From positions 1 through 50,300 of the forward strand of contig CAYRSM010000002.1 of the NCBI GenBank assembly GCA_964427125.1: a stretch of 50,300 nucleotides of DNA, given 5' to 3'. The position numbers and the translations under genes are program-made. The notes under the pieces were generated by a model that had not been told where the DNA came from, did no database searches, and saw only the letters and a list, made by a program, of their open reading frames with translations. The DNA is from an uncultured archaeon. Lineage in GTDB: Archaea > Aenigmatarchaeota > Aenigmatarchaeia > CG10238-14 > SCSR01. Positions 34,175-41,333 of this stretch are shown piece after piece (the first letter of the stretch is position 1; the number at the start of each line of letters is the position of its first letter).

Positions 34175-34720
34175 TTAGAAGCCAACGAAAAGCTTGTGCC
34201 TGTCCTTGCCTTCTATCTCGTCCAGCACGCGCTTCACCACGAGCTTCTTTATGTCCGGCAGCATAGGGACTCTCCCCTCTATGTCCTCGAAGCTCTCGAA
34301 CGGCTTCTTCTTCCTTTCGTCTATTATCGCCCAGAGGTGCTTCTTGCCTATGCCGTACATCAGCTCGAGGCTGTGCATGCGCGTGGTTATCGGCCCCGCC
34401 TTGTTGAAAAAGTCGACAAACTTCGCCTCGTTCTTTGTCACAAGCTCGTCCACAACCTCCTCAAGCATACCCTTCGCGTAGTTCGTCAACTCGTTGAGCC
34501 CCACCTTGCCCCTGATGAACTTCACCTCTGCCCTCTTCTCGCTGCCTATGTAGAGCCTGTCCTTCGCCTTTACGGTGATGCCTTCCCTGATGACTACCTC
34601 CAGCAGGTTGAAGTAGTTCTCGCCAACGCACTGCGCCACCGGTTCGGACCGCCTGTCGGTAGGCTTTCCAGTGGGGAAAAAATCTAGCACTATGATATAT
34701 TCGTCCTTCATCAGAATCAC
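34175..34720 (-). CDS. DUF655-family putative RNA-binding protein (conserved partner of rpoF/L21e)
   Basis: YIIVLDFFPTGKP...FNLLEVVIREGITVKAKDRLYIG... is followed by an HhH-like MHSLELMYGIGKKHLWAIIDERKKKPFESFEDI. The L21e-RpoF-DUF655 order is typical of archaea. Confidence 0.8.
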   Translation of the reverse strand: MILMKDEYIIVLDFFPTGKPTDRRSEPVAQCVGENYFNLLEVVIREGITVKAKDRLYIGSEKRAEVKFIRGKVGLNELTNYAKGMLEEVVDELVTKNEAKFVDFFNKAGPITTRMHSLELMYGIGKKHLWAIIDERKKKPFESFEDIEGRVPMLPDIKKLVVKRVLDEIEGKDRHKLFVGF

Positions 34721-34727
34721 CCGGCAA

Positions 34728-35054
34728 TCAGGTGCCGTTCTTGACTATCTCTACTATCTTGTCCAGCTCGTCTGCGGAGAACAGAGAGTATTCCTTCTGC
34801 AGGACGGCTCTCAAATCGTCCTTGTCTTGGGGCATCACGTTAATAATCTCGACAATCTGCCTGTCCCTCAGCTTGCCTACCGTCTTCAGCTCCTCGGCCA
34901 TCTTCTTTACATTTTCCAGCTTGCCCTTTGCGAACTTCTTCAGTATAGCAAGAGCGTTCTTCTGCTCGTACTTCGGCTCGGTGTCCTTCACCCTCTCCTC
35001 AAGCAGCTTCTTGGCCTCAGCGTCTGTTATTATCTGTTCGGACAGCACTTCCAT
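34728..35054 (-). CDS. rpoF: DNA-directed RNA polymerase subunit F (Rpo4)
   Basis: The 108-aa protein reads ...AEAKKLLEERVKDTEPKYEQKNALAILKKFAK...LRDRQIVEIINVMPQDKDDLRAVL. It lies between L21e and DUF655. Confidence 0.8.
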   Translation of the reverse strand: MEVLSEQIITDAEAKKLLEERVKDTEPKYEQKNALAILKKFAKGKLENVKKMAEELKTVGKLRDRQIVEIINVMPQDKDDLRAVLQKEYSLFSADELDKIVEIVKNGT

Positions 35055-35105
35055 GATTGTTCTACCTCTAACTTTATTGTTGTATTTCCCTCTTTAAAAA
35101 CCCCT

Positions 35106-35399
35106 TTAGAGCGCCTTTAGATGTTCGGGCCTGGATATGACGGTCTTCGTGGCGTTCCCGTCCCTGACCTCGATAAGGTAGGCGTTGCCCCTCCTTCCGG
35201 TTATCTTGCCGGCCTTGCCCCTGAACCTCGGGAACGGCATGCCCTTGTGGCTAGACGTCTCGGGTATTATGACAACATCCTGACCTACCGTAAACTCCTT
35301 CAGAAACTTCGTTATGGTCGGCCTATACCCGGGTTTTTGGCTTAGGCTGCTTCTGGTCCTCGCCCTGAACCCCCTTGTCTTCTTAACCATACCATTCAC
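35106..35399 (-). CDS. rpl21e: Ribosomal protein L21e
   Basis: KKTRGFRARTRSSLSQKPGYRPTITKFLKEFTVGQDVVIIPETSSHKGMPFPRFRGKAGKITGRRGNAYLIEV. Confidence 0.9.
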   Translation of the reverse strand: MNGMVKKTRGFRARTRSSLSQKPGYRPTITKFLKEFTVGQDVVIIPETSSHKGMPFPRFRGKAGKITGRRGNAYLIEVRDGNATKTVISRPEHLKAL

Positions 35400-36679
35400 T
35401 TCGTTACATGTACTTTAATAACATCTAGATTTATCTTTTTAACCTTGTTGTTTATGAGCTCCGCCACGCTAGGTCTTGTCCTCCCCTCGTCGCCGTTGAT
35501 AAGCTCCTTTATGTAGAGCCCGGATTCCGTCCTGACCTTGATTTTCATCTTTTTATCACCCACGACCTTCCAGGACATCTCCTTGACGGACCTCTTCCTG
35601 AACTTGTCCGACCTCCTGTGCAACACCCTGCGCGGGGTCTTCTGTAGTATTGGAGCATCCAGTATCTTTTTCAGCTCGTGCAGAACCCTCTTGTCTATTT
35701 TTGAGGCGAAAGCCACCTCGGCAAGATATGTCTTGTCATACCTATCGCTCTTCAGCTTCCTCACGACCTCCTTGCCGTTCTCAAGCAGCAGCTTCAGCCC
35801 CTTGACGTTGACCTTCCTGTTTTTGTTTATCTGTTTTTCTGCCTTCTTGACGTCAATGCTCCTTCTGGCGGGCTTTGAAATCTCCATGACGAACGGCCTC
35901 CAGTCAAAGCACCTGACGTCTATGTCCTCGCGGCCGTGCCCGTGGAAGAAAGACGTCTTGCCGTCTGCCGCCTTCAGCAGCGGAGCCTCGATTATCTGCT
36001 GTATGGACGTCGGGTACAGCGTGCCCCTTCCCTTGCACCTCACGCACCCCTTCCCCCCGCAGTCCGGGCAGACCCACCTCGTCTGCGGTATCCCCCTGAC
36101 GAGCTTCCTGTAGCCTCCCTCTATGAACAGGCTCCTCACGTTCAGGGATATCTTGCTGTTCTTTAGGTCCACATGGACAGTGACATCGGGGGTCTTGAGG
36201 GAGAACTTCCTGCCGGTCGCCTTCTCCAGCCTCTTGCCTATCTCGCGGTTCATCTCCGACTTTAGCGACTCCACGCCCTCTATGCCCACCTTCTCCCAGA
36301 CATGATTTTCCGCGTTCAGCATCTCGTCCGACGGCGACGACCCCACAAGGAAGGTGCCGTATTCCAGACCCTCAAGCCTCTTCGCGATCTTTGCGACGGT
36401 GCCGTCAAGCTCCGACTCGAAAAAGTTCCTGCAGACGAAGCACGCCTCCGGCTGCGGCGCGGATATCTTCGCGTTCCTGAACCTTATGCCGTACAGGTTC
36501 GATTGCTCCACCTGGAGCTGCTCGCCCATGTCGATGGACATCGCTATGTACGTCCTGAGCATCCTGCCCCTCTCCTCGTTAGTGTACCCGGAGAGGAGGT
36601 TGCCCACTATTCTCCCGAGGCAGTGGTCGCACAGGTACTTCTCCTTCAAAATCTCGATTATTTTATTCTTCAAATCCAT
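35396..36679 (-). CDS. pus10: tRNA pseudouridine(54/55) synthase Pus10
   Basis: An N-terminal Zn module (CDHCLGR...CFVCRN), a THUMP-like middle, CPDCGGKGCVRCKGRG, and the catalytic-region GREDIDVRCFDWRPFVMEI are all present. Confidence 0.85.
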   Translation of the reverse strand: MDLKNKIIEILKEKYLCDHCLGRIVGNLLSGYTNEERGRMLRTYIAMSIDMGEQLQVEQSNLYGIRFRNAKISAPQPEACFVCRNFFESELDGTVAKIAKRLEGLEYGTFLVGSSPSDEMLNAENHVWEKVGIEGVESLKSEMNREIGKRLEKATGRKFSLKTPDVTVHVDLKNSKISLNVRSLFIEGGYRKLVRGIPQTRWVCPDCGGKGCVRCKGRGTLYPTSIQQIIEAPLLKAADGKTSFFHGHGREDIDVRCFDWRPFVMEISKPARRSIDVKKAEKQINKNRKVNVKGLKLLLENGKEVVRKLKSDRYDKTYLAEVAFASKIDKRVLHELKKILDAPILQKTPRRVLHRRSDKFRKRSVKEMSWKVVGDKKMKIKVRTESGLYIKELINGDEGRTRPSVAELINNKVKKINLDVIKVHVTK

Positions 36680-36688
36680 ACTAGATTT

Positions 36689-37549
36689 ATGATGAAACCA
36701 ACGTTAATATCGTTGACTTTTGTCGCAGTTTTCCTCATCATACAGCTCCTCGGGATGTATGTGGGCTTGATGTATTTCCAGGCTGTGCAGGCCGGCGTGC
36801 TCGAGCCGGCCATGGCAAACCCGGACAACCCCGCCAACTCTCTGATGCTGTTCCTGTACATACTGGTTGGTACGGGGGCGGTCATACTCATCCTGAGGTT
36901 CAGGAGAAGCCTGCTCGGCCTGCTTGAGGTGTTCATCCTTTTCACGGCGTCATGGATAACCCTGGACTTCCTTGCCCCCGTGAGCATAGGGTATGTTGAC
37001 GCGGGGCTGATACTCGCCATAATTCTTACGGCGTGGAGGATACTTCGCCCGGACACACTCAACTACATGCTCGCGCTGATATTTTCCCTCTCCGGCGTGG
37101 GCGCTCTTCTCGGCGCATCGCTGGGTGTCTCACCGGCGATGATTTTCATACTCCTCGTCAGCATCTACGACTTTGTATCTGTCTTCCTGACGAAGCACAT
37201 GGTGTACATGGCAAAGTCGCTCGTTGCAAAGCCGACTATATTCACCCTTTCCGTTCCGAGCGGCGCCAGTCTCAGGCAGCCGCCGCGCGGCAGGCGTTCC
37301 GTGAGGAAGGTGCGCGTGTTCAACCTCGGCTCCGGCGACATAGCGCTGCCCCTGGTCTTTGTGGTGTCGCTGCTTACAAACTTCGGTCCAAAGTACGCCC
37401 TGTTCAGCCTGGCTGGCGTGACGGTCGTGTTGCTGTGGCTGCTTAACTGGAGGGTGAAGGCCACGATGGACAAGCCGAGTGCTCTGCCTGCGATGCCGTT
37501 CCTTACTGTCGGGTTGGTGGTCGGTTTCCTGTTGTCGGTGCTGTTCTGA
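36689..37549 (+). CDS. Presenilin/signal-peptide-peptidase-like GxGD intramembrane aspartyl protease (archaeal PSH type)
   Basis: The ATG at 36689 gives MMKPTLISLTF.... The protein is multi-TM with YD (VSIYDFVSVF), GxGD (NLGSGDIALP) and PAL (SALPAMPF) motifs. The upstream 129 codons of the track ORF are antisense to pus10. Confidence 0.8.
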   Translation: MMKPTLISLTFVAVFLIIQLLGMYVGLMYFQAVQAGVLEPAMANPDNPANSLMLFLYILVGTGAVILILRFRRSLLGLLEVFILFTASWITLDFLAPVSIGYVDAGLILAIILTAWRILRPDTLNYMLALIFSLSGVGALLGASLGVSPAMIFILLVSIYDFVSVFLTKHMVYMAKSLVAKPTIFTLSVPSGASLRQPPRGRRSVRKVRVFNLGSGDIALPLVFVVSLLTNFGPKYALFSLAGVTVVLLWLLNWRVKATMDKPSALPAMPFLTVGLVVGFLLSVLF

Positions 37550-37568
37550 ACTAACAAGTGTGTCTAGG

Positions 37569-37922
37569 ATGTTACAAGAGATTGTTACTAGGGAAGACTT
37601 GTTTAAAAAACTGGGTAGTCATGACATCATGATTGTGAACGTGCTGTCCAGAGAGGCGCATGGCAGGATACACATAAGAGGCTCGGTGTGTATTCCTAAG
37701 GTGGAGCTGGAGGATGGCAGATGGAAGGAGTTGACAAATTGCAAGGAAATCATAACTTACTGTTCGGGAAGCAACTGTTGCGCATCCAAGATGGCAGCGG
37801 AATTTCTGAGGGAAAAGGGATTTGACGCAAAGGCGTACGAGGGAGGGCTTGAGGAGTGGTACGGTTATGACATGCCAGTGGAAGGCAGCACCATCGACAA
37901 GATAGTCGCGTCCAATGCTTGA
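37569..37922 (+). CDS. Single-domain rhodanese-like sulfurtransferase
   Basis: MLQEIVTREDL...IMIVNVLSREAHGRIHIRGS... is followed by the active-site loop YCSGSNCCAS. Confidence 0.75.
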   Translation: MLQEIVTREDLFKKLGSHDIMIVNVLSREAHGRIHIRGSVCIPKVELEDGRWKELTNCKEIITYCSGSNCCASKMAAEFLREKGFDAKAYEGGLEEWYGYDMPVEGSTIDKIVASNA

Positions 37923-38341
37923 ATAGCCGCTCCGACTTTCTTATGAACCACGCAAGTCCCTGCAATCCTGTCGTGCAGCCCCTGTTTCTTCGGGTCGAAT
38001 GCTATCATCAGAAAACCCATCCCGAGTATTATTGCTCTCGCAAATTTTCCGACGGCCCCCTTCCTTATCAGCGCATCGACTATGCCGATTGGGTACCTGC
38101 CGTCCTCCTTCACGACAACGAGACCCGTGATTCTCTTGCCGATGGAGTAGCCCATCTTGCCGACAAGACATATGTTCACCACCCAACCGACACCAAAAAG
38201 TATAGAACTGAACACGGCGTCGATTATCGCTGCTAGCGGCTTATCCAAAAACCTGCATACTCCGTCTTCGATATCTTCATGACGACCGTTTCGTATTTTC
38301 GGGCCTGCCCCATACAAGCCCGACTGCCAGCGGGATGACAA
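37865..38341 (-). CDS. RDD-family membrane protein
   Basis: RFLDKPLAAIIDAVFSSILFGVGWVV...GKRITGLVVV...GLHDRIAGTCVV fits the RDD domain. The start is uncertain because the ORF overlaps the upstream gene by 65 nt. The 3' end overlaps the rhodanese gene convergently by 58 nt. Confidence 0.6.
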   Translation of the reverse strand: MSSRWQSGLYGAGPKIRNGRHEDIEDGVCRFLDKPLAAIIDAVFSSILFGVGWVVNICLVGKMGYSIGKRITGLVVVKEDGRYPIGIVDALIRKGAVGKFARAIILGMGFLMIAFDPKKQGLHDRIAGTCVVHKKVGAAIQALDATILSMVLPSTGMS

Positions 38342-38702
38342 GCAGCGGTATGTATGTGCCGGCGATTTTTAGAAAGTTCCCGACATCCAGCAGGGCGGCG
38401 GGGTTTGCAAAACTTGCCGTGAAGGCGTAGTCAAAAATGACAGACATTGCTGCCCACACCAGCGCAACCAGCAGGTAGTACGACATCGGCATCCCACCCT
38501 TTCCCAGTCTTTTGTAGGCAACGACAAACGTGATTGACGCCATCAACAAAAAGACGGCCGATGCAATCGAATCCGCCGCCTGCGTGTAGGCAAGCGATAG
38601 CACGGAAAACGCATAGTTGAATGACATAGCGGAAAAGGCGTATCTGAACACCCAGAGTATGAATCCCCAGCCTAGGGTGTCCATGAGCTTCTTTTCATCC
38701 AT
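38277..38702 (-). CDS. Hypothetical 4-TM membrane protein
   Basis: The 141-aa ORF has four hydrophobic segments (GWGFILWVFRYAF..., ASAVFLLMASITFVVAY, YYLLVALVWAAMSVIF, IPLLVIPLAVGLVW). Confidence 0.55.
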   Translation of the reverse strand: MDEKKLMDTLGWGFILWVFRYAFSAMSFNYAFSVLSLAYTQAADSIASAVFLLMASITFVVAYKRLGKGGMPMSYYLLVALVWAAMSVIFDYAFTASFANPAALLDVGNFLKIAGTYIPLLVIPLAVGLVWGRPENTKRSS

Positions 38703-38754
38703 AACCTAAGTTTGTGGAAGGTTATTAAAATAGGTTTTCCCGAAGCCCTGCAGA

Positions 38755-38840
38755 TGCAGGAGGCCGGATTTGAACCGGCGAAGGGACTGACCCACGGGGT
38801 CCTAAGCCCCGCGCCATAGACCAGACTAGGCGACTCCTGC
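38755..38840 (-). tRNA. tRNA-Leu(UAG), intron-less, type II
   Basis: GCAGGAG TC GCC TAGTCTGGTCTAT GGC G CGGGG CTTAGGA CCCCG TGGGTCAGTCCCTTC GCCGG TTCAAAT CCGGC CTCCTGC A. All stems are perfect. Length is 86 nt and CCA is not encoded. Confidence 0.9.
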
Positions 38841-38875
38841 GCAATGGTAATTTTGCACATCAAATCAGAAATACC

Positions 38876-39274
38876 TCAGGAGACGTTGAAATCCGAGACC
38901 TTCCTCGGCACTATCCGGAGTTGCCCGTCGTAGATGTCCAGAGTCCCGGTCACGCCCACGTTCTTGCCCTTTGCAAAGTCCTTCATACCTATGCCAGTCT
39001 TGTTAAGCCCCCTTACAAAATCGGAGAAGAGAGCGACTGTGACAGCCACACCGTCCTGGTTCAGTTTCAGAAACACGTGCCCTTTGGGATTAAGCGACAC
39101 GCCAGTCACATTTCCGTTCACGCTCACAACACGCCCAACCATGCCTGAGTCGATGTTCGCCGCGGTGATGCGCACGGGGTTGGGATGAAGGGACAACATG
39201 TATATCACCAATACTCCGGCGAGAGATAATGCAATAGCCCAGAAAAGCACCGAGTCGTCGTCGGACGTCTTCAT
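38876..39274 (-). CDS. Membrane-anchored OB-fold-like protein
   Basis: An N-terminal TM (VLFWAIALSLAGVLVIYML) is followed by a beta-rich segment: GRVVSVNGNVTGVSLNPKGHVFLKLNQDGVAVTVALF...VGVTGTLDIYDGQLRIV. Confidence 0.5.
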   Translation of the reverse strand: MKTSDDDSVLFWAIALSLAGVLVIYMLSLHPNPVRITAANIDSGMVGRVVSVNGNVTGVSLNPKGHVFLKLNQDGVAVTVALFSDFVRGLNKTGIGMKDFAKGKNVGVTGTLDIYDGQLRIVPRKVSDFNVS

Positions 39275-39283
39275 AAGATGCGT

Positions 39284-40081
39284 TCACTTTTTCTTCAGGT
39301 TCAGATAATAGACTGTGTTCAGGACTCCCGACAGCGCGCCAGAAAACGTGCCGACAGCCAGGCTCAAGATAAGGCCTAAAGCATCGATGCCCACGGCAGA
39401 GGACGCGTAGTCTGCCGCTATTGAAAGAGTGCCGAGGATTACGCCCAGCATTATCAGCGTGCCCCATATGGAAAGCACCCTCCCGCCGCTCATCTTCCAG
39501 CTTGCCCTTATGCTATCAACGATTCCTTTGTCTTCAAGCATCATGACGGGAAAGGAAAGCCATAGCCTAGCAGTGAGGTAGAATGACACGAACAAACCTG
39601 TTACGGCAAGGACTATTGACGGCACTGAAAACGCGAAATCTGGAGTCATAGACGGAGCGATTGGCCCCGACAACCCGTTGATTACACTCGAATATATCAT
39701 TATTGAAAATGCCGGCAAGATTGGAAGACCCACTGCAATCAGTGTTATCGCCGTCACGCCGAACAGACCTGCTATTTTCTTAAGCGACCTGCCGACCGCG
39801 TCCTTTGCAACGGACTTTCTTTTTTTCAGGCTGCTCAACACTATCACTGGGAACGCGCCCGCATTGATTAGGGAAATCAGGATGTCGGCGACCACTACGG
39901 CTGCGGCCACGAGAAAGAAACCGAAGCCGTAAAGTAAAGCGGTCATGCCAGGGCCAGCGTAAAGCCACATCACCGATACGATTGTGTATGCTACATAAAC
40001 TACAAACATGAAGGCCAGTGCGACAGGATATTTCCTGATAAAGCTCAGGCTTTCGCCCATGGATTTTGCGGCCAGACCCAT
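39284..40081 (-). CDS. Polytopic membrane protein (DUF975-like), function unknown
   Basis: 265 aa with 6 or more hydrophobic segments and a KKRKSVAKDAVGRSLKK loop. Confidence 0.55.
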   Translation of the reverse strand: MGLAAKSMGESLSFIRKYPVALAFMFVVYVAYTIVSVMWLYAGPGMTALLYGFGFFLVAAAVVVADILISLINAGAFPVIVLSSLKKRKSVAKDAVGRSLKKIAGLFGVTAITLIAVGLPILPAFSIMIYSSVINGLSGPIAPSMTPDFAFSVPSIVLAVTGLFVSFYLTARLWLSFPVMMLEDKGIVDSIRASWKMSGGRVLSIWGTLIMLGVILGTLSIAADYASSAVGIDALGLILSLAVGTFSGALSGVLNTVYYLNLKKK

Positions 40082-40148
40082 CGGATTACCTTAGATAAAT
40101 TATGGACACGCGGCACTTAAAGCTCGGCTGCGCAAATCTCGTGATGCG

Positions 40149-40393
40149 TTAAATTTTGCCAAAGGCCATTTCAATGGATTTGCCTTGGAAATCCAGACCC
40201 CCGTTGACATCACCCTCCAGCTTGCCTACTATCACTTCCTTTGCTCCACCTCCGACATTAGATGGCTGGCGTTTTTCTCAAGAATATCACTTGTTACGTC
40301 GTCCGACTTTAAAGTCAGCATGATGCTCTCGTTGACGTTGAACTTGTTTTTCTTCCTTAGCTCCTGAACCTCCCTCGCAAGCTCCTTTATCAC
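40149..40393 (-). pseudogene. Truncated, frameshifted C-terminal remnant of an isoleucyl-tRNA synthetase gene
   Basis: Hand translation of the minus strand gives VIKELAREVQELRKKNKFNVNESIMLTLKSDDVTSDILEKNASHLMSEV, then a -1 shift, then GAKEVIVGKLEGDVNGGLDFQGKSIEMAFGKI and a stop at 40149-40151. This parallels the C-terminus of the intact IleRS here (FAREFTRSVQALRKKAGMQKHDRVELYVYASPDSKAALEGRLYEIKEKVGASKISF...). Nothing IleRS-like lies upstream of 40393, only AT-rich DNA. Confidence 0.65.
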
Positions 40394-40486
40394 GGTACGA
40401 TTCGTTAATTGTAAAAGGTATTAATATAATATGGACTAATATATTTTTGGTGCGTCCATATCACGAAGATTCAAATACAGGCTTCC

Positions 40487-41311
40487 GTGACATACTCGTG
40501 CTATCCAAAGCAAATGGAGTATAGATGGCGCGATGGACTGAACATTTCAAAATACAAAACGGTCGAGAAGCGTGTTGTTTTGCGCATTGCCACAGGGCGG
40601 TTCGGTAAGAAAGCGTCGAAGTTGGGTGTTAATGACCGCCAAGTAGACATTTCATTCGACAAGGCTGACGGATGGATTCTTACTATGAAACGAACTAAAA
40701 AAGGAGGCGTAACATTGTCCGCGCACATCGGTAACCTGAAACACATATGGTTGCAGGCTGTTCTCAATCGCCTCGTCCCGTCTGGCGTATTGGACGAGCT
40801 CAGTCTTGGAAGCGAATTTGGATCCAATACAATGCAGGTAAAAGTGAACATTGATTTGGACGAATGGGGCGACATAGGGTTGAAGCCAGAAGACTTCCTT
40901 TATCATACGGAGGTGCTTGCAAAGTCCCTGATTTCACATGCCTTGGAGAGGAATTTCTCGGTGGGGTATGTGCCAAAGGGTAGGGAGTACGACCTGCAGC
41001 TGATTTCGCCACGGCGCAGGAAATTTGCTATAGCCATCTCTTCTCACAATGCAAAAACTGAGAGCCGCAGCAAACAGCACAGAGTTCAGAAAGCCCTGAT
41101 GGACATAGCCAAGATGATACCTTCGCTATACAGCGACAATGAAATCATGCCTGTGATCGTTATTCAACCGTTCAATTTTGCCGGGTCTCGGGACCTTACC
41201 ACTGGCAGTTACATCAAGTTCTACCAAGACAGGTTCAATTTCAAGTTCATTTTCACTGACTTCAAAGACGGCTGGGAGGGGCGTATCTGCTCCGAACTGG
41301 AAAAGATTTAA
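40487..41311 (+). CDS. Hypothetical protein in an AT-rich patch, with a possible AbrB/SpoVT-like N-terminus and PD-(D/E)xK-like C-terminal half
   Basis: The N-terminus reads VVLRIATGRFGKKASKLGVNDRQVDISFDKADGWILTMKR. The C-terminal half reads GREYDLQLISPRRRKFAIAISSHNAKTES...PVIVIQP. The domain guesses are weak. M10 (MEYRW) is an alternative start. Confidence 0.5.
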   Translation: MTYSCYPKQMEYRWRDGLNISKYKTVEKRVVLRIATGRFGKKASKLGVNDRQVDISFDKADGWILTMKRTKKGGVTLSAHIGNLKHIWLQAVLNRLVPSGVLDELSLGSEFGSNTMQVKVNIDLDEWGDIGLKPEDFLYHTEVLAKSLISHALERNFSVGYVPKGREYDLQLISPRRRKFAIAISSHNAKTESRSKQHRVQKALMDIAKMIPSLYSDNEIMPVIVIQPFNFAGSRDLTTGSYIKFYQDRFNFKFIFTDFKDGWEGRICSELEKI

Positions 41312-41333
41312 AATCCCCTGTCATGTGATATTT

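Noticed and set aside
38672-38863. 63-aa ORF on the minus strand
   Set aside because: It coincides with tRNA-Leu(UAG), and the tRNA fold is perfect.
40185-40367. 60-aa plus-strand ORF
   Set aside because: It is antisense to the ileS C-terminal remnant and has no features of its own.
41178-41333. 52-codon N-terminal extension of ileS overlapping the end of the 274-aa gene
   Set aside because: The extension is Ser/Thr-rich and non-homologous. MAMYEPLKIEPEILEFW is a typical IleRS N-terminus.
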